From: Utricularia gibba
Taxonomy: Eukaryota > Plantae > Magnoliophyta
Assembly: GCA_002189035.1 (NCBI GenBank)
Contig: NEEC01000517.1
Coordinates: 1 to 17,976 of the forward strand
Length of the DNA stretch: 17,976 bases
Direction: 5' to 3'
The notes below the pieces were generated by a model, which saw only the letters and a program-made list of their open reading frames with translations, was not told the origin of the DNA and did no database searches. Both the position numbers and the translations under genes were made by a program. Shown piece by piece: positions 1 through 9,302 of the stretch; positions within the stretch are counted from its first letter, which is position 1; each line of letters opens with the position of its first letter.

Positions 1-9
1 AATTACGAT

Positions 10-17
10 ATCACGTG
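10..17. other. RTCACGTG (G-box/E-box class) motif, once per monomer; first copy shown
   Basis: ATCACGTG is present in every copy I read except 13321-13328, which is GTCACGTG. CACGTG is the established bHLH/bZIP binding core. The motif is seen directly, but a function here is not shown. Confidence 0.45.
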
Positions 18-78
18 CACCCCACATCATTTTTTCAACAACGTACTTTATACTTGAAGAGGCGGTCTTGGGGTGCAC
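15..78 (+). other. 10-bp perfect inverted repeat GTGCACCCCA...TGGGGTGCAC, in most monomers; first copy shown
   Basis: Positions 15-24 are the exact reverse complement of 69-78. An inner TTCAA (34-38) / TTGAA (54-58) pair is nested between them. The right arm is disrupted in C, E, F, K and L monomers. Confidence 0.8.
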
Positions 79-1565
79 CTAGAACGGGACAAAGGTCAGG
101 TTGGGCTTTGCCAGAGAGTTAGATGTAGCCGGCAAAGAAAGTGATGTATTTATTAACGTTCGGTTTTCGGGGTTGCCTACATGGTTTTTCAACGAAAAGC
201 TTCTCGTTTTGTGGCGGCTGCTCTCGCTGGGAACTTGGTTCGGGCCCCCGATCCTATATGGCTCATGAGGTCAACCAGATGCAAATCGATGAAGACAAGC
301 ATGCTTTTTTTAAATTACGATATCACGTGCACCCCACATGATTTTTTCAACAACTTACTTTATACTTGAGAAGGCGGTCTTGGGGTGCACCAAGAACGGG
401 ACAAAGGTCAGGTTTGGCTTGCACCGAGAGTTAGTTGTAGCCCGGCAAATAAAGTGATGTATTTATTAACGTTCGGTTTTCGGAAGCTGCCTAAATGCTT
501 TTTGAAAGAACATCTTCTCGTTTTTTGGCGGCCAGTCTCGCTGGGAACTTGGTCTTGACCCCGGTTCTGTATCGCTCATGGGGTCAATCGGATGTAAATC
601 GATGAAAAAAAATGATGCATTTGTTTAAATTACGATATCACGTGCACCCCACATCATTTTTTCAACAACGTACATTATACTTGAGGAGGTGGTCTTGAGG
701 GGGGAGGGGAACCGGACAAAGGTTTGCATAGGCTTGGGCCGAAAGTAAGTTGTAGCCCGGCAAAAAAGTGAAGTATTTATTAACGTTCGGTTTTCGAGAT
801 TGCCTACATGGTTTTTCAAGGAACAACTTCTCCTTTAGTGGCGGCCAGTCTCGCTAGGAACTTGGTCCGGGCCCCTGATTCTTTACGGCTCAAGAGGACA
901 AAAGGATGCAAATCGATAAATACAATGATGCATTTGATTAAATTACGATATCACGTGCACCCCACATCATTTTTTCAACAACTTACTTTATACTTGAAGA
1001 GGCGGTCTTGGGGTGCACCTAGAACGGGACAAAGGTCAGGTTGGGCTTTGCCAGAGAGTTAGTTGTAGCCCGGCAAAGAAAGTGATGTATTTATTAACGT
1101 TCGGTTTTCGGGGTTGCCTACATGGTTTTTCAACGAAAAGCTTCTCGTTTTGTGGCGGCTGCTCTCGCTGGGAACTTGGTCCGGGCCCTTGATTCTATAT
1201 GGCTCATGAGGTCAACCAGATGCAAATCGATGAATATAATGATGCATTTGTTTAAATTACGATATCACGTGCACCCTACATCATTTTTTCAACAACTTAC
1301 TTTATACTTGAGTAGGTGGTCTTGGGGGGCAAGAGGAACCGGACAATGGTCAGCTTAGGCTTGGGCTGAAAGTAAGTTGTAGCCCGGCAAAGAAAGTGAT
1401 GTATGTATTTACGTTCGGTTTTCGGGATGCTTACATGGTTTTTCAAGGAACAACTTCTCCTTTAGTGGCGGCCAGTCGCTAGGAACTTGGTCCGGGCCCC
1501 TGATTCTTTATGGCTCATGAGGACAAAAGGATGCAAATCGATGAATACAATGATGCATTTGTTTA

Positions 1566-4500
1566 AATTACGATATCACGTGCACCCCACATCATTTTTT
1601 CAACAACGTACTTTATACTTGAAGAGGCGGTCTTGGGTGCACCTAGAACGGGACAAAGGTCAGGTTGGGCTTTGCCAGAGAGTTAGATGTAGCCCGGCAA
1701 AGAAAGTGATGTATTTATTAACGTTCGGTTTTCGGGGTTGCCTACATGGTTTTTCAACGAAAAGCTTCTCGTTTTGTGGCGGCGCTCTCGCTGGGAACTT
1801 GGTTCGGCCCCCGATCCTATATGGCTCATGAGGTCAACCAGATGCAAATCGATGAAGACAAGCATGCTTTTTTTAAATTACGATATCACGTGCACCCCAC
1901 ATGATTTTTTCAACAACTTACTTTATACTTGAAGAGGCGGTCTTGGGGTGCACCAAGAACGGGACAAAGGTCAGGTTTGGCTTGCACCGAGAGTTAGTTG
2001 TAGCCCGGCAAATAAAGTGATGTATTTATTAACGTTCGGTTTTCGGAAGCTGCCTAAATGCTTTTTGAAAGAACATCTTCTCGTTTTTGGCGGCCAGTCT
2101 CGCTGGGAACTTGGTCCTTGACCCCGGTTCTGTATCGCTCATGGGGTCAATCGGATGTAAATCGATGAAAAAAAATGATGCATTTGTTTAAATTATGATA
2201 TCACGTGCACCCCCATGATTTTTTCAACAACTTACTTTATACTTGAGAGGTGGTCTTGGGGCAAGAGGAATCGGAAAAAGGTCAGCTTAGGCTTGGGCCG
2301 AAAGTAAGTTGTAGCCCGGCAATAAAGTGAAGTATTTATTAACGTTCAGTTTTCGGTTGCCTACATGGTTTTTCAAGGAACAACTTCTCCTTTGTGGCGG
2401 CCAGTCTCACAACTTGGTCGGGCCCGATTCTTTATGGCTCATGAGCAAAAGATGCAAATCGATGAATACAATGATGCATTTTTAAATTACGATATCACGT
2501 GCACCCCACATCATTTTTTCAACAACTTACTTTATACTTGAAGAGGCGGTCTTGGGGTGCACCTAGAACGGGACAAAGGTCAGGTTGGGCTTTGCCAGAG
2601 AGTTAGTTGTAGCCCGGCAAAGAAAGTGATGTATTTATTAACGTTCGGTTTTCCGGGTTGCCTACATGGTTTTTCAAGGAAAAGCTTCTCGTTTTGTGGC
2701 GGCTGCTCTCGCTGGGAACTTGGTCCGGGCCCCCGATTCTATATGGCTCATGAGGTCAATCAGATGCAAATCGATGAATATAATGATGCTTTTTTTTTTT
2801 AATTACGATATCACGTGCAGCCCACATGATTTTTCAACAACTTACTTTATACTTGAGGAGGCGGTCTTGGGGTGCACCTGGAACGGGATAAAGGTCAGGT
2901 TGGGCTTTGCCAGAGAGTTAGTTGTAGCCCGGCAAAGAAAGTGATGTATTTATTAACGTTCGGTTTTCGGGTTGCCTACATGGTTTTTCAAGGAACAGCT
3001 TCTCGTTTTGTGGCGGCCAGTCTCGCTAGGAACTTGGTCCGGGCCCCTGATTCTTTATGGCTCATGAGGACAAAAGGATGCAAATCGATGAATACAATGA
3101 TGCATTTGTTTAAATTACGATATCACGTGCACCCCCATCATTTTTTTCAACAACGTACTTTATACTTGAAGAGGCGGTCTTGGGGTGCACCTAGAACGGG
3201 ACAAAGGTCAGGTTGGGCTTTGCCAAAGAGTTAGTTGTAGCCCGGCAAAGAAAGTGATGTATTTATTAACGTTCGGTTTTCGGGTTGCCTACATGGTTTT
3301 TCAACGAAAAGCTTCTCATTTTGTGGCGGCTGCTCTCGCTGGGAACTTGGTTGCCCCCGATCCTATATGGCTCATGAGGTCAACCAGATGCAAATCGATG
3401 AAGACAAGCATGCTTTTTTTTAAATTACGATATCACGTGCACCCACATGATTTTTTCAACAACTTACTTTATACTTGAGAAGCGGTCTTGGGGTGCACCA
3501 AGAACGGGACAAAGGTCAGGTTTGGCTTGCACCGAGAGTTAGTTGTAGCCCGGCAAATAAAGTGATGTATTTATTAACGTTCGGTTTTTGGAAGCTGCCT
3601 AAATGCTTTTTGAAAGAACATCTTCTCGTTTTTTGGCGGCCAGTCTCGCTGGGAACTTGGTCCTTGACCCCGGTTCTGTATCGCTCATGGGTCAATCAGA
3701 TGTAAATCGATGAAAAAAATGATGCATTTGTTTAAATTATGATATCACGTGCACCCTCCATGATTTTTTTTAACAACTTACTTTATACTTGATTGGTCTT
3801 GGGGCAAGAGGAATCGGAAAAAGGTCAGCTTAGGCTTGGCCGAAAGTAAGTTGTAGCCCGGCAAATAAAGTGAAGTATTTATTAACGTTCAGTTTTCGAG
3901 GTTGCCTACATGGTTTTTCAAGGAACAACTTCTCCTTTAGTGGCGGCCAGTCTCACTAGGAACTTGGTCTGGCCCCTTATTCTTTATGGCTCAAGAGGAC
4001 AAAAGGATGCAAATCGATGAATACAATGATGCATTTGATTAAATTACGATATCACGTGCACCCCACATCATTTTTTCAACAACTTACTTTATACTTGTAG
4101 AGGCGGTCTTGGGTGCACCTAGAACGGGACAAAGGTCAGGTTGGGCTTTGCCAGAGAGTTAGTTGTAGCCCGGCAAAGAAAGTGATGTTTATTAACGTTC
4201 GGTTTTCCGGGTTGCCTACATGGTTTTTCAAGGAAAAGCTTCTCGTTTTGTGGCGGCTGCTCTCGCTGGGAACTTGGTCCGGGCCCCCGATTCTATATGG
4301 CTCATGAGGTCAACCAGATGCAAATCGATGAATATAATGATGCTTTTTTTTTTTAATTACGATATCACGTGCAGCCCACATGATTTTTTCAACAACTTAC
4401 TTTATACTTGAGGAGGCGGTCTTGGGGTGCACCTGGAACGGGATAAAGGTCAGGTTGGGCTTTGCCAGAGAGTTAGTTGTAGCCCGGCAAAGAAAGTGTT

Positions 4501-6208
4501 GTATTTATTAACGTTCGGTTTTCGGGTTGCCTACATGGTTTTTCAAGGAACAGCTTCTCGTTTTTGGCGGCCAGTCTCACTAGGAACTTGGTCCGGGCCG
4601 CTGATTCTTTATGGCTCATGAGGACAAAAGGATGCAAATCGATGAATACAATGATGCATTTGTTTAAATTACGATATCACGTGCACCCACATCATTTTTT
4701 CAACAACGTACTTTATACTTGAAGAGGCGGTCTTGGGGTGCACCTAGAACGGGACAAAGGTCAGGTTGGGCTTTGCCAAAGAGTTAGATGTAGCCCGGCA
4801 AAGAAAGTGATGTATTTATTAACGTTCGGTTTTCGGGGTTGCCTACATGGTTTTTCAACGAAAAGCTTCTCGTTTTGTGGCGGCTGCTCTCGCTGGGAAC
4901 TTGGTTCGGGCCCCCGATCCTATATGGCTCATGAGGTCAACCAGATGCAAATCGATGAAGACAAGCATGCTTTTTTTTAAATTACGATATCACGTGCACC
5001 CCACATGATTTTTCAACAACTTACTTTATACTTGAGAAGGCGGTCTTGGGGTGCACCAAGAACGGGACAAAGGTCAGGTTTGGCTTGCAGAGAGTTAGTT
5101 GTAGCCCGGCAAATAAAGTGATGTATTTATTAACGTTCGGCTAAATGCTTTTTGAAAGAACATCTTCTCGTTTTTTGGCGGCCAGTCTCGCTGGGAACTT
5201 GGTCCTTGACCCCGGTTCTGTATCGCTCATGGGGTCAATCAGATGTAAATCGATGAAAAAAAATGATGCATTTGTTTAAATTACGATATCACGTGCACCC
5301 TCCATGATTTTTTTAACAACTTACTTTATACTTGAGAGGTGGTCTTGGGGGCAAGAGGAACGGAAAAAGGTCAGCTTAGGCTTGGGCCGAAAGTAAGTTG
5401 TAGCCCCGGCAAAAAAGTGAAGTATTTATTAACGTTCGGTTTTCGGGTTGCCTACATGGTTTTTCAAGGAACAACTTCTCCTTTAGTGGCGGCCAGTCTC
5501 ACTAGGAACTTGGTCGGGCCCCTTATTCTTTATGGCTCAAGAGGACAAAAGGATGCAAATCGATGAATACAATGATGCATTTGATTAAATTACGATATCA
5601 CGTGCACCCCACATCATTTTTCAACAACTTACTTTATACTTGTAGAGGCGGTCTTGGGGTGCACCTAGAACGGGACAAAGGTCAGGTTGGGCTTTGCCAG
5701 AGAGTTGTAGCCCGGCAAAGAAAGTGATGTATTTATTAACGTTCGGTTTTCGGGTTGCCTACATGGTTTTTCAAGGAAAAGCTTCTCGTTTTGTGGCGGC
5801 TGCTCTCGCTGGGAACTTGGTCCGGGCCCCCGATTCTATATGGCTCATGAGGTCAATCAGATGCAAATCGATGAATATAATGATGCTTTTTTTTTTAATT
5901 ACGATATCACGTGCACCCACATGATTTTTCAACAACTTACTTTATACTTGAGGAGGCGGTCTTGGGGTGCACCTGGAACGGGATAAAGGTCAGGTTGGGC
6001 TTTGCCAGAGAGTTAGTTGTAGCCCGGCAAAGAAAGTGTTGTATTTATTAACGTTCGGTTTTCGGGGTTGCCTACATGGTTTTTCAAGGAACAGCTTCTC
6101 GTTTTGTGGCGGCCAGTCTCGCTAGGAACTTGGTCCGGGCCCCTGATTCTTTATGGCTCATGAGGACAAAAGGATGCAAATCGATGAATACAATGATGCA
6201 TTTGTTTA
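1566..6208. repeat. Three consecutive 5-monomer HORs, variant Y (A-B-F-G-H): 1566-3112, 3113-4666, 4667-6208
   Basis: F has GGCAAGAGGAA(T)CGGAAAAAGGTCAGC, usually with AATTATGAT and CCCTCCATG. G has CAAGGAAAAGCT and ends GATGC(T)10-12. H has CACCTGGAACGGGATAA and CAAGGAACAGCT, usually GTGCAGCCC. The same order occurs three times at 1547, 1554 and 1542 bp. Confidence 0.85.
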
Positions 6209-9200
6209 AATTACGATATCACGTGCACCCCACATCATTTTTTCAACAACGTACTTTATACTTGAAGAGGCGGTCTTGGGGTGCACCTAGAACGGGACAA
6301 AGGTCAGGTTGGGCTTTGCCAAAGAGTTAGTTGTAGCCCGGCAAAGAAAGTGATGTATTTATTAACGTTCGGTTTTCGGGGTTGCCTACATGGTTTTTCA
6401 ACGAAAAGCTTCTCGTTTTGTGGCGGCTGCTCTCGCTGGGAACTTGGTTCGGGCCCCCGATCCTATATGGCTCATGAGGTCAACCAGATGCAAATCGATG
6501 AAGACAAGCATGCTTTTTTTTTAAATTACGATATCACGTGCACCCCACATGATTTTTTCAACAACTTACTTTATACTTGAGAAGGCGGTCTTGGGGTGCA
6601 AGAACGGGACAAAGGTCAGGTTTGGCTTGCACGAAGTTAGTTGTAGCCCGGCAAATAAAGTGATGTATTTATTAACGTTCGGTTTTCGGAAGCTAAATGC
6701 TTTTTGAAAGAACATCTTCTCGTTTTTTGGCGGCCAGTCTCGCTGGGAACTTGGTCCTTGACCCCGGTTCTGTATCGCTCATGGGTCAATCGGATGTAAA
6801 TCGATGAAAAAAAATGATGCATTTGTTTAAATTACGATATCACGTGCACCCCACATCATTTTTTCAACAACGTACTTTATACTTGAGGAGGTGGTCTTGG
6901 GGGGGGAGGGGAACCGGACAAAGGTTGCATAGGCTTGGGCCGAAAGTAAGTTGTAGCCCGGCAAAGAAAGTGAAGTATTTATTAACGTTCGGTTTTCGTT
7001 GCCTACATGGTTTTTCAAGGAACAACTTCTCCTTTAGTGGCGGCCAGTCTCGCTAGGAACTTGGTCCGGGCCCCTGATTCTTTATGGCTCAAGAGGACAA
7101 AAGGATGCAAATCGATAAATACAATGATGCATTTGATTAAATTACGATATCACGTGCACCCCACATCATTTTTTCAACAACTTACTTTATACTTGAAGAG
7201 GCGGTCTTGGGGTGCACCTAGAACGGGAAAAGGTCAGGTTGGGCTTTGCCAGAGAGTTAGTTGTAGCCCGGCAAAGAAAGTGATGTATTTATTAACGTTC
7301 GGTTTTCGGGGTTGCCTACATGGTTTTTCAACGAAAAGCTTCTCGTTTTGTGGCGGCTGCTCTCGCTGGGAACTTGGTCCGGGCCCTGATTCTATATGGC
7401 TCATGAGGTCAACCAGATGCAAATCGATGAATATAATGATGCATTTGTTTAAATTACGATATCACGTGCACCCTACATCATTTTTTCAACAACTTACTTT
7501 ATACTTGAGTAGGGGGTCTTGGGGGCAAGAGGAACGGACAAGGTCAGCTTAGGCTTGGGCTGAAAGTAAGTTGTAGCCGGCAAAGAAAGTGATGTATTAT
7601 TAACGTTCGGTTTTCGGGGATGCTACATGGTTTTTCAAGGAACAACTTCTCCTTTGTGGCGGCCAGTCTCGCTAGGAACTTGGTCCGGGCCCCTGATTCT
7701 TTATGGCTCATGAGGACAAAAGGATGCAAATCGATGAATACAATGATGCATTTGTTTAAATTACGATATCACGTGCACCCACATCATTTTTTTCAACAAC
7801 TTACTTTATACTTGAAGAGCGGTCTTGGGGGCACCTAGAACGGACAAAGGTCAGGTTGGGCTTTGCCAGAGAGTTAGTTGTAGCCCGGCAAAGAAAGTGA
7901 TGTATTTATTAACGTTCGGTTTTCGGGGTTGCCTACATGGTTTTTCAACGAAAAGCTTCTCGTTTTGTGGCGGCTGCTCTCGCTGGGAACTTGGTTCGGG
8001 CCCCCGATCCTATATGGCTCATGAGGTCAACCAGATGCAAATCGATGAAACAAGCATGCTTTTTTTTAAATTACGATATCACGTGCACCCCACATGATTT
8101 TTTCAACAACTTACTTTATACTTGAGAAGGCGGTCTTGGGGTGCACCAAGAACGGGACAAAGGTCAGGTTTGGCTTGCCCGAGAGTTAGTTGTAGCCCGG
8201 CAAATAAAGTGATGTATTTATTAACGTTCGGTTTTCGGAAGCTGCCTAATGTTTTTGAACATCTTCTCGTTTTTGGCGGCCAGTCTCGCTGGGAACTTGG
8301 TCTTGCCCCCGGTTCTGTATCGCTCATGAGGTCAATCGGATGCAAATCGATGAAAAAAAATGATGCATTTGTTTAAATTACGATATCACGTGCACCCCAC
8401 ATCATTTTTTCAACAACGTACTTTATACTTGAGGAGGGTCTTGGGGGGCAGGGAACCGGACAAAGGTTTGCATAGGCTTGGGCCGAAAGTAAGTTGTAGC
8501 CCGGCAAAGAAAGTGAAGTATTTATTAACGTTCGGTTTTCGAGTTGCCTACATGGTTTTTCAAGGAACAACTTCTCCTTTAGTGGCGGCCAGTCTCGCTA
8601 GGAACTTGGTCCGGGCCCCTGATTCTTTATGGCTCAAGAGGACAAAAGATGCAAATCGAAAATACAATGATGCATTTGTTTAAATTACGATATCACGTGC
8701 ACCCCACATCATTTTTTCAACAACTTACTTTATACTTGAAGAGGCGGTCTTGGGGTGCACCTAGAACGGGACAAAGGTCAGGTTGGGCTTTGCCAGAGAG
8801 TTAGTTGTAGCCCGGCAAAGAAAGTGATGTATTTATTAACGTTCGGTTTTCGGGGTTGCCTACATGGTTTTTCAACGAAAAGCTTCTCGTTTTGTGGCGG
8901 CTGCTCTCGCTGGGAACTTGGTCCGGGCCCTTGATTCTATATGGCTCATGAGGTCAACCAGATGCAAATCGATGAATATAATGATGCATTTGTTTAAATT
9001 ACGATATCACGTGCACCCTACATCATTTTTTCAACAACTTACTTTATACTTGAGAGGTGGTCTTGGGGGCAGAGGAACCGGACAAGTCAGCTTAGGCTTG
9101 GGCTGAAAGTAAGTTGTAGCCCGGCAAAGAAAGTGATGTATTATTTACGTTCGGTTTTCGGGGTTGCTACATGGTTTTTCAAGGAACAACTTCTCGTTTT

Positions 9201-9302
9201 GTGGCGGCCAGTCTCGCTAGGAACTTGGTCCGGGCCCCGATTCTTTATGGCTCATGAGGACAAAAGGATGCAAATCGATGAATACAATGATGCATTTGTT
9301 TA
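6209..9302. repeat. Two consecutive 5-monomer HORs, variant X (A-B-C-D-E): 6209-7758 and 7759-9302
   Basis: The diagnostic k-mers of 1-1565 recur in the same order. Unit lengths are 1550 and 1544 bp. Confidence 0.85.

Larger units (their letters stand above)
1..1565. repeat. 5-monomer HOR, variant X (types A-B-C-D-E)
   Basis: A ends GAAGACAAGCATGC(T)n. B has CGGAAGCTGCCTAAATGC and GATG(A)nTGATG. C has GGGAACCGGACAAAGGTTTGCATAGG and GATAAATAC. D has GGGCCCTTGATT and GAATATAATGATGCATTTG. E has CCCTACATC and GGGCTGAAAGT. Confidence 0.85.

Noticed and set aside
15-83. Helitron 3' end or MITE origin (inverted repeat followed by CTAG)
   Set aside because: Helitron termini have a short hairpin about 10 nt upstream of CTRR followed by T. 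Here CTAG abuts the arm and is followed by A. There is no target-site duplication and no recognised TIR family.
161-175. CENP-B box-like TTCGGTTTTCGGG, and GGAACGGGA in H monomers
   Set aside because: The CENP-B box core needs TTCG-N4-A-N2-CGGG (7-nt gap). The gap here is 5 nt with no A, and the H word lacks the TTCG half.
205-250. Pol III A-box/B-box or tRNA-like words (TGGCGG..., GGTTCGGGCC)
   Set aside because: The invariant A of GTTCRANNC is missing, the boxes are only ~25 nt apart, no cloverleaf forms, and GGTTCG occurs only in type A.
721-870. 5S rDNA-like fragments (GCTTGGGCCGAAAGTAAGT, CT(G/A)GGAA, GTGCACCCC followed by a T-run) in a ~310-bp unit
   Set aside because: The fragments are short and not colinear at 5S spacing: GCTTGGGC to the CT(G/A)GGAA motif is ~120 nt here against ~35 nt in 5S. 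No 120-nt 5S body or intact box C is visible. An Infernal/Rfam scan would be decisive.
865-925. U6 snRNA-like (GGCCCCTG, AAGGATG, GCAAAT-CG-TGAA) and dinoflagellate spliced-leader-like (TGGCTCAAG) words
   Set aside because: The matches are 7-9 nt with wrong spacing. There is no correctly placed ACAGAGA box, no GT donor after the SL-like word and no Sm site.
808-1062. Recurrent 78-84 aa ORF (MVFQG...LRYHVHPT...ALPES) and all other listed ORFs, up to 181 aa at 7007-7552
   Set aside because: These are translations of the repeat in several overlapping frames on both strands, with no recognisable domain. Frames change with homopolymer length and break in B, A and G types. An open stretch of ~84 codons somewhere in six frames of a 45% GC unit is not unusual. 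A dN/dS test on type-defining substitutions or ribosome profiling would be needed to revive this.
1271-1320. Apparent compensatory pair CCTAC (1275-1279) / GTAGG (1312-1316) in E monomers
   Set aside because: GTAGG appears in only two of the four clear E copies (1255, 7452) and pairs in a different register from the main stem. This is too weak to call covariation.
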